Below are positions 42,065-52,355 of a DNA stretch of 64,000 nt, piece after piece. The DNA is from a bacterium (GTDB lineage: Bacteria > UBA8248). The DNA is taken from NCBI GenBank assembly GCA_965202625.1, contig CBDBBI010000010.1:352001-416000 (forward strand), read 5' to 3'. Made by a program: the position numbers and the translations under genes. Each line of letters begins with the position of its first letter. The first letter of the stretch is position 1. Under the pieces are notes generated by a model that was not told the DNA's origin, ran no database searches, and saw only the letters and a list, made by a program, of their open reading frames with translations.

Positions 42065-42145
42065 GGAGTTGACCCCCTAAAGCCAGTTTGGGACCCGAAA
42101 CCCTAGAGACTGAGAGGAGATTATCCGATACTACACCGGATTCGC

Positions 42146-43371
42146 CTATAAATCATCTAAAATCTCGATGGGCTGAAACGATTTTCCTTCCATGAATTCA
42201 AGGCTTGCGCCACCATCCGTGCTCACATGTCTTACCCGATCGCTCAGCCCGAACATTTCGATGGCCGCCACGCTGTCGCCGCCGACGATGGTGGCTCTGT
42301 TTTGCGTCGCTTGCATGAGGGCGTCTGCGACAGAAAACGTACCCGCGCCAAACGGCTTGACCTCGAAAACGCTCATAGTACCGTTCCAGACGATGGTTCT
42401 TGCTTCTGAAATCACTTTCGAGAACTGACGCGTAGATTCCGGGCCAATGTCGAGATCCATCAAGCCATCCGGAATATCCTTATGGAAAATCTCGTATTTC
42501 ACCCTCTTTTTGAGCGCGCGTGAGGCACGAATATCTCGGGGTAAAAGGAGTTTATCTCCCCTTATGGATTGTAGACGCCTGGCCACATCAAGTTTGTCTT
42601 CCTCCACGAGGCTTGCGCCCATGCTTTGGCCGCTCACCCTCATGAACGTAAAAGCCATGGCGCCTCCTATGAGCACTCGATCTCATTTACCCAAAAGCGC
42701 CTCAATGAGCATCATTTTGTTGGACACTTTCTTTCCCCCGATAATGGCGACGAAAGGCCTTTTCGGTTCGTTCAACGCATCGCTAAGGTATTGAAGTTCT
42801 CTGGTCAGCAAAAATCCTGCGACGCGAGGCTTGTTGGTTATCGTTTTGGGGACGGCGAGCATGCTCGCGTTATCGCGATGGCAGGCGCCGAAGGCGTCGT
42901 TGACGTAAATATCGGCCAATGACGCCAGCCCTCGCGCAAAAGCGTCTTTCTTTTGTCTTTTCGTTTCATCGTGATTTTATCCTTGATCTGCTCTGCCTCG
43001 TGGAAGCGCAGGTTTTCAAGGAGACAGCGCTCCCCATTCGCTAGCGCCGCCGCCGTGTTCTCAGCCGCAGACCCCACGCAGCTTTCTGAAAAAGAGACGG
43101 TTTTGCCGAGCAGTTCCTCTAAACGCTTGGCTATGGGACTGAGCGTCCATTTTCTATCGGCTTGCGCACTTTTTCCTTTTGGGCGACCTAGGTGGCTGAT
43201 GAGAATGAGGCGGCCGCCTTCGTCCAATATGTGGTGGATCGTGGGAAGTGCCATACGGATTCTGCGATCGTCAGTGATGAGACCGTTCGCATCTTGGGGC
43301 ACGTTGAAATTCACCCGCATGAGCACGCGCTTACCGCGCTCATCCAGGCTCAATATACTTTTCTTCGCCAT
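42146..43371 (-). pseudogene. pgk: Phosphoglycerate kinase, disrupted
   Basis: SHLGRP, LLENLRF, NDAFG and HVST motifs; frameshift near 42960, in-frame TGA at 42685-42683, many substitutions in invariant motifs. Confidence 0.9.
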
Positions 43372-43601
43372 ACGATTCCGCGCATTTTTTGAAATTGAAA
43401 GATAAGAAAGAGATAAGTGATATATGGAAAGTTGTGATAAAAATCCAGGGCTGAGGCCAACGGTTCTCGACGCCGACATATTGGTTTGCACCTGGGCGAG
43501 GGTTTCCGTCTTGGTCTTCAAGATGGATGTGCGTGCCTCCAGGTAAGAAGTCGACAGGAGCGTGGAGATGGGGACGTTTGAGGAAATAGGGGAGGAGAAT
43601 T

Positions 43602-44396
43602 ATGATTGCCATAGATTTGAGTGAAAAAATCGCCATCGTGACGGGAGCGAGTCAGGGAATCGGGCAAGCGTGTGCCAAGGTGCTGGCGCGCGCGGGAGCT
43701 TCCGTCGCGCTTGCTGCCCGGAATGATGAGAATTTGGCGCGGACTGCCTCTGAAATTATCGCTGCCGGGGGACTGGCGGAGGTGATGGCAGGCGATCTCA
43801 CTCTCCCGGGAGAAACCGAGAGCGTGGTCGAGGGTACCTGCGCTCGCCTGGGGGGCATTGATTTTTTGATAAACGCCGCAGGCGTGAGTAGGCGCTCCGA
43901 CCCGATTGAGACGACGGATGATGATATAGATCTCTCCATCGACTTGAAACTCCGCGCCAGCATCCGTTTGACGAAAGCCGCGATTCCGCAAATCAGAAGG
44001 CGAGGTGGGGGAAGCATCGTCTATTTCTCGGGCTTGAGCCATGTGCACACCTCAGAATATCACGGCTCGGGTTGTATAGCGAACGCTGGTCTGTCCGCTT
44101 ATAAGCATCAGCTCGCTCGGAGGCTGGCGCCGGAGAACATCCGCGTCAACCTTATCAATCCCGGAACGACCGATACGCCAAGGTATGTAAGGCAGACGGC
44201 CGGAATCGCGGAGCTGACAAATCGCACGTATGAAGAAGTGGATGCGGAAAGACGCGCTGAATTGCCCATGGGACGTCTCACGCGGGCCGAGGATTGCGCG
44301 AATGCGGCGCTGTTCCTGGTATCTGATTTGGCTTCTAACATCACAGGCGAATCAATCAATGTGGATGGCGGGCGGTGCGATGTGGTCAGACCTTAG
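43602..44396 (+). CDS. SDR family oxidoreductase with atypical active site
   Basis: TGASQGIG, INAAG and ITGESINVDGG motifs; YxxxK is absent. Confidence 0.88.
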   Translation: MIAIDLSEKIAIVTGASQGIGQACAKVLARAGASVALAARNDENLARTASEIIAAGGLAEVMAGDLTLPGETESVVEGTCARLGGIDFLINAAGVSRRSDPIETTDDDIDLSIDLKLRASIRLTKAAIPQIRRRGGGSIVYFSGLSHVHTSEYHGSGCIANAGLSAYKHQLARRLAPENIRVNLINPGTTDTPRYVRQTAGIAELTNRTYEEVDAERRAELPMGRLTRAEDCANAALFLVSDLASNITGESINVDGGRCDVVRP

Positions 44397-45172
44397 AAGG
44401 CTTGAGAGCCGCCGTCCAAATATATCGTTTGTCCCGTCATGTAGTCGCTTTGAGAGCCGCAGAGATAGACGGCCAGGGCGCGTATTTCTTCCGGGTCGCC
44501 GTAGCGGTTCATGGGGACGAAGCGGAGAAACGCCTCGCTTTCCTGCAGGTCGGCGATGCGCTCGGCCGTCATCGGCGTATGGAAACGGCCCGGTGCGATG
44601 CAGTTGACCTGAATGTTTCTCCCGGCAAATTCAACGGCAAGCGCTTCGGTAAATCCCTTAACACCTGCTTTGGATGCGGCGTAAGCTACCTGATTGGAAC
44701 GGCCTCGACTACCGGCACTTGAGCCGATATTGATGATCTTGCCTTCTTCCGCCTTGAGCATAAAGTGGGCTGCGGCGCGGCAGCAGTAAAACATGCCGCT
44801 CAGATTCAAGTCGATGGTGTCTTGCCAAATCTCATCCCTCATCTCAAGAATCGGGCTGGGAAGCGATACGCCCGCGCTGTTGATGAGAATGTGCGGACCG
44901 CCTAATTCTTTGTTGATTTGCTCAAACAGGGCGTTCACGCGAGTCGAATCTGTGACGTCGCAAACAGCAGGTCTGGCCTGAACGCCAAATTTTTCACATT
45001 CTCCGGCAACCTCTACCATCGGGTCTGGTCTTCTGCCAACGAGAACGACGTCTGCGCCCGCCTCTGCTAAGCCTATGGCCATCGAGGCGCCGAGTCCCTG
45101 CCCGCCGCCTGTAATGCAGGCCTTTTTGCCGCTTAAATCCACGCCGGGTGACGTCATATTTTCCGCGACCAA
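44393..45172 (-). CDS. Classical SDR oxidoreductase (FabG/KduD-like)
   Basis: TGGGQGLG, NSAG, YAASK and VNCIAPG motifs. Confidence 0.9.
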   Translation of the reverse strand: MVAENMTSPGVDLSGKKACITGGGQGLGASMAIGLAEAGADVVLVGRRPDPMVEVAGECEKFGVQARPAVCDVTDSTRVNALFEQINKELGGPHILINSAGVSLPSPILEMRDEIWQDTIDLNLSGMFYCCRAAAHFMLKAEEGKIINIGSSAGSRGRSNQVAYAASKAGVKGFTEALAVEFAGRNIQVNCIAPGRFHTPMTAERIADLQESEAFLRFVPMNRYGDPEEIRALAVYLCGSQSDYMTGQTIYLDGGSQAF

Positions 45173-45344
45173 AATTTCGTGAAATGAATCTTCGTTTTGC
45201 CGCTTTGCGCGTCAAAGCCGCTAAGAAGCTTTACTATCATACGCACCTAGGGTAGATAAAGTATAGTTCCGACGCGAAATCATGAAAAATTCGTTTTCCC
45301 TATATTGGCGGGAGAAGCAAGGGGGCCCATTCTGTGAGAGCGTC

Positions 45345-46586
45345 ATGAGCCGCGCGCAAGCGCCGGGAGTTATCAGTACTGAAAACGTGGAGCTGGTCGG
45401 TTATCACGACTTGGGAGACCGCCCCGCTTTCAAAACAGCGATTCAGGAAGTGGATGGACGCTTTTATCTGTATCTATCGCATTTTTGGGTGAGCGGCTGG
45501 AGCATTTTAGACGTAACAGAAACCCGGGACCCTAGGCTCCTGAAGTTTATTGAAGGGCCGGACAACACGTGGACCTTACAAGTCCAGGTGGCGGATGGCT
45601 TGCTCCTCACTTCTTTGGAGAAAATTCCGCGGGGTTGGGGGCCGAGGCCGGAAGATCCGCCAGAAGCCGAGGGCGTCTATATCTGGGACGTGGAAAAAGA
45701 GCCTGCGGCGCCGAAACTTCTCTCGCACTGGCGAACGGGGGCCGATGGCACACACAGAAATTTTTATAATGGCGGCCGCTACGCCCACCTGTCCGCTTAT
45801 GCGCCTGGCTATGAAGGGAACATTTACCGTATCTTGGATGTAGAAGATCCCCGAAACCCGAAAGAAGCGGGCCGCTTCTCGCTGCCTGAACAGATGGGAT
45901 GCGGTGCTGAGGCGACGGGTGACTGGAGCGAGGGTATGCGCGTTTTCCAGCATGGGCCTGCTCATGCGGAAAACGGAAGAGCCTATCTGCCCTATGCGCG
46001 TGGCGGGTTCGTCATCGCGGATATAGAGGACGTATCCAACCCCAAACTCATCAGCCGCTTCAACGTCTACCCGCCTCTGGGCAGCGCGATTGCCGTGCAC
46101 ACGGCGTATCCTTATCTGGGGCGAGGCTTCGCGATCATCAACAGCGAGGCTCTCAAGGAGAATTGCGATGAGCCGCTCAACTATGCGGCGATCGTCGACA
46201 TCAAAGACGAAGTGGACCCGAGGCTCATGTCGCTCTTCCCGACCCCCGAACCCCCACCTGGCTACTCTCACAGCAGCTTTTGTGAGCGAGGAGGACGGTT
46301 CGGCCCGCACAATCAACACCATTCCCAAGGGCTCGATTGTCTGGAGCAAAGGGAGGACCGCGTTTATCTGACGTATTTTAATGCGGGTCTTCGCGTTTAT
46401 GATATTTCCGAGCCGCTTCATCCACGCGAGGTCGCGCACTACATTCCGGCGGACCCAACGAGGCGGCTTGGTATGTTGCCGAAAACCCTCGTCACGCAGA
46501 GTGAGGACGTCATTGTGGATAGGCGTGGGGTAATTTATGTGACAGATAAAAACCATGGACTGCATATACTGCGTTGCACCGCCTAG
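45345..46586 (+). CDS. LVIVD-repeat beta-propeller protein
   Basis: Repeated ILDV/IWDV/IVDI/VYDI..P units; RFGPHNQH and YFNAGLRVYDI motifs. Confidence 0.75.
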   Translation: MSRAQAPGVISTENVELVGYHDLGDRPAFKTAIQEVDGRFYLYLSHFWVSGWSILDVTETRDPRLLKFIEGPDNTWTLQVQVADGLLLTSLEKIPRGWGPRPEDPPEAEGVYIWDVEKEPAAPKLLSHWRTGADGTHRNFYNGGRYAHLSAYAPGYEGNIYRILDVEDPRNPKEAGRFSLPEQMGCGAEATGDWSEGMRVFQHGPAHAENGRAYLPYARGGFVIADIEDVSNPKLISRFNVYPPLGSAIAVHTAYPYLGRGFAIINSEALKENCDEPLNYAAIVDIKDEVDPRLMSLFPTPEPPPGYSHSSFCERGGRFGPHNQHHSQGLDCLEQREDRVYLTYFNAGLRVYDISEPLHPREVAHYIPADPTRRLGMLPKTLVTQSEDVIVDRRGVIYVTDKNHGLHILRCTA

Positions 46587-46606
46587 ACAAAAAAGGAGAA
46601 AACTTT

Positions 46607-47296
46607 ATGCCCACTATCGTTGATCTCGCGCGAGAAATTTATCATCGAACGCCCGCGTATCCGGGGCAGCCGCCCATCCTGTATGCCGAGTGGAAAAACC
46701 ATGAAGATGCTTTTAGGGACTCTGGCAACGTTTGGGGCAATGCCCTGAACTTCGTCACTATGCCCGAGCACGGCTCTACGCACCTCGACGCTCCACGCCA
46801 TTTTCACGAAGATGCGACGCCTATGAACGAGTACCCGCTTGAGAACTGCATCGTTCGTGGCATCTGCATTGATTTGCGGCATATCGCGCCTAGGGCGGAA
46901 ATCAGCCCTGATGATCTCGATGAGGCGGTGAAAAAGACGGGCCTCGCCATTCCCGAGGGAGGGACGGTTTTGCTTTGCACGGGTCATCATGTGCGCACTT
47001 TTCCGACCAAGGCGTATGGAACGGATAATCCAGGCGTCAACGTAGAAGCTACCGAGTGGCTCGCCGATCAGGGACTCGTTCACTTTGGAATCGATTCTAT
47101 GCGTCCCGGACCTGAGGGAGATGTCAACGCCTTGGTGCACAAAACCTGTTGGGAGAGGGGAATTACCCATCTGGAGAGTCTGTGCAATCTTGAAGTGCTG
47201 CTAGGCAAAGGAGAATTCCAATTTATTTGCTTGCCCTTGAAATTCCGTGAAGGGACTGGGAGCCCTGTCCGTACGGTGGCGGTTCTTGACGATTAG
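46607..47296 (+). CDS. Cyclase family (kynurenine formamidase-like) metal hydrolase
   Basis: EHGSTHLDAPRH, GIDS and GSPVR motifs; AAGGAG RBS. Confidence 0.9.
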   Translation: MPTIVDLAREIYHRTPAYPGQPPILYAEWKNHEDAFRDSGNVWGNALNFVTMPEHGSTHLDAPRHFHEDATPMNEYPLENCIVRGICIDLRHIAPRAEISPDDLDEAVKKTGLAIPEGGTVLLCTGHHVRTFPTKAYGTDNPGVNVEATEWLADQGLVHFGIDSMRPGPEGDVNALVHKTCWERGITHLESLCNLEVLLGKGEFQFICLPLKFREGTGSPVRTVAVLDD

Positions 47297-47410
47297 TTCA
47301 CTTTTTCGCGACCAAGCGCTCTCTTTTCTATGGTGATGAAAATGCTATGGGAAAAGTGTATCAACGATATTCGCCTTGAGGAAGGGAATTTGCAGATTTC
47401 GGCAAAGCCT

Positions 47411-47640
47411 ATGTTTCACTCTACCGAATCTCGACTTGAGTATGCCTTTGAGCTGGGTCGTTGCATCAAGCGCACGCGTGAGCACAAGGGATTAAACCGC
47501 AATGAACTGGCGCGCGGCACGGGATTACATGGGCGAACCTCACCCAGTATGAGCACGTAGAAAGCGAACCAGGCGCGAGTGAACTTTTGAGATAACCGAA
47601 GTGCTCGGCGTGTTCGGCGACTGGTTTTCGGGTCGAAGCG
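47411..47640 (+). pseudogene. XRE-family HTH regulator remnant
   Basis: LGRCIKRTREHKGLNRNELARGTGL, then a frameshift to NLTQYE...EP and a stop; end approximate. Confidence 0.5.
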
Positions 47641-47972
47641 AAGCGCAAGAAATTACGGGTGCCGGACCCTTGGACATCGCCTTGCGCATGAGTGATAGAT
47701 TTGAGATGCGTAGGAATATACGCTCATCCACGATTCTCAGATTGCTAGGCGCGGCGATCTGGTTTTCGGTCAGGGTGGACAGAAAAATGGGGCGAAACAT
47801 GGTACCTGTAATACAGCCGGGTGCCGTTGTTGTCATTGAGCACCGTCTATGACTGGTGCCCGAGAATCGGTAGGAGGGCACGCACATCAATCTGGGTGGG
47901 GGTAGAGGAACCTGCCGATCGAATTGTGTGAGGGGGGCGTCGTGTGGGCCTACCAGCTGCTCGTCTGAAAAA

Positions 47973-48965
47973 TCAAGAATCCATCAATTCTTTGAACTTC
48001 TGCGTCAGGGCGGGGATGATTTTTTTATAATCTCCTACGATCCCGTAGCGCGCGCGCTGGAATATGGGTGCATCGGCGTCCGTGTTGATGGCTACGATGT
48101 TTTTACTCGGGCCGGCGCCGACCATGTGCTGCATGGCGCCCGAAATGCCAACGGCAATATAGAGATTCGGACTCACGATCTTGCCCGTTTGCCCCACTTG
48201 CATGGGCGTGGGTGCCCAGCCGGCGTCAACGGCGGCGCGGCTCGCGCCCACGGCCGCTTTCAGAACTTTGGCGAGTTCTTGGAGATATTCAAAATTCTCT
48301 GGTCCCCCGAGGCCGCGGCCCCCGCTCACGACAATTTCCGCATCCTCTAGGCGGACGCCCTCCGCCTCCACTTTTTTCGCCTCCACAAAATTCATTCTCA
48401 TTTCCTCGGCGCCTACCGAAACCCTAATTTCTACGAACTCGCCCCCGCGGCCCTCTTGGATATCGGCTTGGGGCAGAGCTTTCGCGCGTGTTGAAGCGAT
48501 GGAGAGAGAGTCTGTTTTTGAACGAACATGGCTGATCGCGTTGCCTCCATGAACCGGGCGAACGGCGGCGAGTTTTCCATCCTCAAGCATGAGGTCTATG
48601 CAATCATGCGCATAGCTGGCGCCATTTCGGAAGGCGAGCCTAGGCGCGACGTCTCGCCCCACCGAAGTATTGGCGACTAGGAATATGGCTGGCTTCTCCT
48701 CCCCGATGACGGCGTCAATTACTTTCAAATACGCCCCATTGGTATAGCCGTCCAAAAGATCAGCCTCGGCCGCCAAAATCTTGTCGGCTCCCAAGGCGAT
48801 GAGTCCTTTCGCCAACTCCTGGGTCCCGGAGCCGCCGAGGAGGAGGGCGACTAAGGAGCCCTTTTTTTCATCGGCGATTTTTCGCCCGATTCCACAAATT
48901 TCGCTGCTCACGAGCGCGAGCTTATCCCCCGCGCGCTCAGCGAGAACGAGGACGTCATTCGACAT
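47973..48965 (-). CDS. etfA: Electron transfer flavoprotein alpha subunit
   Basis: [17 protein letters not shown] and QVGQTGK...GISGAMQH motifs. Confidence 0.95.
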   Translation of the reverse strand: MSNDVLVLAERAGDKLALVSSEICGIGRKIADEKKGSLVALLLGGSGTQELAKGLIALGADKILAAEADLLDGYTNGAYLKVIDAVIGEEKPAIFLVANTSVGRDVAPRLAFRNGASYAHDCIDLMLEDGKLAAVRPVHGGNAISHVRSKTDSLSIASTRAKALPQADIQEGRGGEFVEIRVSVGAEEMRMNFVEAKKVEAEGVRLEDAEIVVSGGRGLGGPENFEYLQELAKVLKAAVGASRAAVDAGWAPTPMQVGQTGKIVSPNLYIAVGISGAMQHMVGAGPSKNIVAINTDADAPIFQRARYGIVGDYKKIIPALTQKFKELMDS

Positions 48966-48983
48966 GGCTTCGCTCTTTCTCCC

Positions 48984-49784
48984 TCAAATAATTTTGTCTT
49001 CACGAAGACGGAGTGCCAAAACGCCAGCGGCTTCCTCGAGTGATTCGCCCTCGATGAATTCACAATTTCCGTCGAATACGGGCTGGTATAATTTGGTGAT
49101 TTCGAAGGTGGTCGCTTCTTTTCCCACCAAGCAGCGGTCTATTCCTATATCTTCTGCGCCCCAGACCGGTATTTGCTTGCGCGACGCCATCAATATGCCT
49201 TTGACTGAAGGCAGGCGAGGCGTGTTGATCTCGTTGCTGGCGGTCAGCAGACACGGGGTTGCGACCTCAATGACTTCCAGCCCGTCTTCCAGTACCCGTT
49301 CGCACCGCAGACCTGTGTCCGTTTTTTCCGCTTTTTGAAGCTGGCTCACGCTGGGAACCTCAAGCGCTTCGGCGAGGGCGAGAGCAGTGGTGCCGTAGCT
49401 CCAGTCGCTGCTCAACCTGCCGCAGAGAACGACGTCGAAACTGTCCAGTTTTTGAATGGCGCTCGCCAGAATTCGTGCCGTGCCGAAGGCGTCGGAACCA
49501 TCAAAGGCATCATCCATAAGCAGTATGGCGTCATCGCACCCCATGGCCAGACATTTTTTCAGACCGTCTCGGGCTTTCTTATCGCCGACCGTCATGACGG
49601 TGATTTTTCCGCCGTGTTTTTCTTTGAGGTGGATGGCCGCTTCAACGGCGTTTTCGCAAAAACCGTTGATGACTGGTGAGACGTTCACGGGTGGAATGAC
49701 GTCCATCCTCTCCTCGTCAACCTTAAAATCGCGGGGAGGAATATCCGGGTCTTGTACCTGCTTGATGCAGACGATGATGTCCAA
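48984..49784 (-). CDS. etfB: Electron transfer flavoprotein beta subunit
   Basis: IIVCIKQV, LAMGCD and INTPRLPS motifs; TTG start at 49784 after a GAGGAG RBS. Confidence 0.93.
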   Translation of the reverse strand: MDIIVCIKQVQDPDIPPRDFKVDEERMDVIPPVNVSPVINGFCENAVEAAIHLKEKHGGKITVMTVGDKKARDGLKKCLAMGCDDAILLMDDAFDGSDAFGTARILASAIQKLDSFDVVLCGRLSSDWSYGTTALALAEALEVPSVSQLQKAEKTDTGLRCERVLEDGLEVIEVATPCLLTASNEINTPRLPSVKGILMASRKQIPVWGAEDIGIDRCLVGKEATTFEITKLYQPVFDGNCEFIEGESLEEAAGVLALRLREDKII

Positions 49785-49878
49785 AGGTTTTACTCTCCTC
49801 CGTGTTGGCTGGCATAAATCCATCGTGGTCGCCCGGGACGCGTGGACATGTTCTGCACCCACACAAGGAGACAGCCTA

Positions 49879-49907
49879 AAAATAATGAGATGCAGATAAT
49901 ACGTCAA
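49879..49907 (-). promoter_or_regulatory. Sigma70-type promoter for etfBA
   Basis: TTGACG-17 nt-TATTTT preceded by an A-tract. Confidence 0.5.
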
Positions 49908-49981
49908 CCGGAGACGGCGTTTTTTTTTCGTTTTGCGCTCGCTCCTCGAAAGGGTCGAAAGGGAGCGCGCGCTTTTCTCGT

Positions 49982-50011
49982 TTGACAATAGAAAAATTCA
50001 GACGATAAGAT
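49982..50011 (+). promoter_or_regulatory. Sigma70-type promoter for mrp
   Basis: TTGACA-18 nt-TAAGAT. Confidence 0.5.
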
Positions 50012-50087
50012 GAGATAGAAAGCGAGGCAGTGCGCTGAGAAGCGATTTTCGAGTGAATTTCCCATTTTGGGCGAAAGGATCCCGTCA

Positions 50088-51179
50088 ATGTCCGAGGTAA
50101 CGGAAGCCCAGGTCTTGGAGGCTTTGAGAAGCGTGCGAGATCCTGAAATTGGAGAAGATCTCGTGAGCCTGAACATGATCAAGGATGTGCAGGTTTGTGG
50201 GGACGCAGTCGCCTTTTCGCTGGAATTGACCACTCCCGCGCATCCGCGCAAGGAGGAATTTGAGGATGAGTGCAAGCTGGCCGTCGGCGCCTTGGAGAAG
50301 GTGAATACGGTAAATGTCCGGGTGATGAGTCGTGTCTCCGCAAGACCCTCAATCGCTGGAAAGATGAACGTCGAGGGCGTGAAGAACATGGTTGCCGTGG
50401 CCAGCGGAAAAGGCGGCGTAGGCAAGTCGACCGTGGCGGTGAATATCGCGCTGTCCTTAAGGGGGGAAGGCGCGAAGGTGGGAATTTTGGACGCTGATAT
50501 TTACGGGCCGAGCCAGCCACTGATGCTGGGAATTCCCAAGGCGCAGCCCATCGCCGAGGGGGAAAATAAAATACGACCTTTGGAGGCGCACGGCGTGAAG
50601 GTCATGTCGATGGGCTTTCTGGTTGATGAGGACAGCCCCGTCATCTGGCGTGGCCCCATGGTCATGCGGGCACTGGTGCAATTCTTGAGCGAGACGATTT
50701 GGGGGGAGCTGGATTATCTCATTCTGGATTTGCCGCCCGGAACGGGTGACGCGCAATTGACCATTGTTCAACAAGTCTCTCTGGCGGGCGCCGTTATCGT
50801 CACCACCCCTCAGGACATCGCGTTGCTTGACGCGCGCAAGGGGCTGCAGATGTTCAGAAAGACGGACGTGCCTATCCTCGGTATCATTGAAAACATGAGC
50901 TACTACGAGTGTCCTGCATGTGGGCGCCGCGAAGATATCTTTGATACGGGTGGCGGCGAGAAAGCGGCTGAGCGCTACGATGTCCCTTTTTTGGGTGCCA
51001 TTCCACTCGACGTCAAGGTGAGGGCGGGAGGAGACCTTGGCGTGCCCATCGTGGCCGAAGAGCCAGGGCATCCCACGGCCATGGCGTTTCGCGTGGCCGC
51101 TAGAAGGGTGGCTGAGCAAGTGTCCATCGCCAATGCGTCGGGACCGATAGCTGCGCCAGAGTTGAAGATTATCGGGTGA
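50088..51179 (+). CDS. apbC: Mrp/ApbC/NBP35 Fe-S carrier ATPase with N-terminal DUF59-like domain
   Basis: SGKGGVGKST, DADIYGPS, WRGPM, DLPPGTGD and ENMSxxxCxxC motifs. Confidence 0.95.
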   Translation: MSEVTEAQVLEALRSVRDPEIGEDLVSLNMIKDVQVCGDAVAFSLELTTPAHPRKEEFEDECKLAVGALEKVNTVNVRVMSRVSARPSIAGKMNVEGVKNMVAVASGKGGVGKSTVAVNIALSLRGEGAKVGILDADIYGPSQPLMLGIPKAQPIAEGENKIRPLEAHGVKVMSMGFLVDEDSPVIWRGPMVMRALVQFLSETIWGELDYLILDLPPGTGDAQLTIVQQVSLAGAVIVTTPQDIALLDARKGLQMFRKTDVPILGIIENMSYYECPACGRREDIFDTGGGEKAAERYDVPFLGAIPLDVKVRAGGDLGVPIVAEEPGHPTAMAFRVAARRVAEQVSIANASGPIAAPELKIIG

Positions 51180-51348
51180 ATATAGAAATAGAAATAAGAA
51201 ATAAAAACTATTCTCTCGCCGGGATACGGGCAGGTATTGATCTTAATTCAGCATAGCATAATGAATCGCCCATGAGGCGCTTTCATGAGCATGTGTGGTT
51301 CCTCGGATCGGTGAGATGCGCGGGCTATTTATGAATGGAGTTTGAACG

Positions 51349-52296
51349 ATGGCTAAAGTCGTGTTGATCGATCCACTTTATGCGACTCCTGAATGGCGCG
51401 TGACTTCCGATTGGCTGGGTGCTGAACATGAGGTGATCGCACCGGATGCGTTTACTCCGGTAGCGATAGAACCGTTGTTGCCGGATGCGGAAGGCATACT
51501 CACGGTGTTTCGGTCCGTCTCGCGCGAGATGATAGCCATGGTGCCTAATCTGAAGGTTGTGGCCAAGCCAGGCGCCGGAGTGGACAATATCGACCTCCGT
51601 GCGGCGACCGAACGCGGTGTCATGGTGTGCAACGTCGAGGGCATTCGAGGTCGAGCTGTGGCGGAGCATTCTTTTTTCATGGCGTTGTATTTGGCGCGCC
51701 ACGCCTGGATGAGGGGTGATCAAGAGAAATGGGAACACGTGCCGGCGGTGCAATTGGGTGGCAAATCGCTCGGTATCGTGGGCCTTGGCGACATTGGTCG
51801 GAGAGCGGCCCGCATCGGCCATGGTTTTGGAATGGAGTTGCTCGTCAATACGCGGACAGAGGCTCCCTCCTACGTGCCTGAGGCGAATCTCGAGTTCGTG
51901 TCCTTTGACGCGCTTTTGTCGCGATCCGATTTCCTGATTTTATGCATGCCCTTGTCGCCCGAGATGAGAGGAATCCTCAATAAGAAAAATTTACTAAAAA
52001 TGAAGCCGGACGCTATTTTGATCAACGTTTCGAGAGGCCCTGCCGTGGTGAGCGACGATCTGCTGGAAGTGATGCGCGACGGGCACCTTGGCGGCGCAGG
52101 GCTTGACGTCACAGACCCTGAGCCCTTGCCGAAAGACCACGGTTTGTGGGGCTTGGAAAACATCATTATTAGCCCTCACCATGCCTCTCGAACGCCAGAG
52201 ACGCAAACGGCCGCAATGGCTCGCACTGCGGAGAATGTGTGTATGGCGTTGTCTGGCGAGAAGCCCATAAACATCGTCAATCTAGAGGTGCTCTAG
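51349..52296 (+). CDS. D-isomer-specific 2-hydroxyacid dehydrogenase
   Basis: GAGVDNID, GLGDIG, INVSRG, DVTDPEP and SPHHA motifs. Confidence 0.9.
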   Translation: MAKVVLIDPLYATPEWRVTSDWLGAEHEVIAPDAFTPVAIEPLLPDAEGILTVFRSVSREMIAMVPNLKVVAKPGAGVDNIDLRAATERGVMVCNVEGIRGRAVAEHSFFMALYLARHAWMRGDQEKWEHVPAVQLGGKSLGIVGLGDIGRRAARIGHGFGMELLVNTRTEAPSYVPEANLEFVSFDALLSRSDFLILCMPLSPEMRGILNKKNLLKMKPDAILINVSRGPAVVSDDLLEVMRDGHLGGAGLDVTDPEPLPKDHGLWGLENIIISPHHASRTPETQTAAMARTAENVCMALSGEKPINIVNLEVL

Positions 52297-52355
52297 TCCT
52301 CGTCCATCTTTTCCCATGCCGAACAGATTAATATGCAGTCTGGGGCGGAGCCTGA

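Noticed and set aside
42683-42685. TGA in pgk at a position where Cys is plausible, as possible selenocysteine
   Set aside because: No SECIS-like hairpin follows, the site is not catalytic, and the gene has a frameshift and many other lesions
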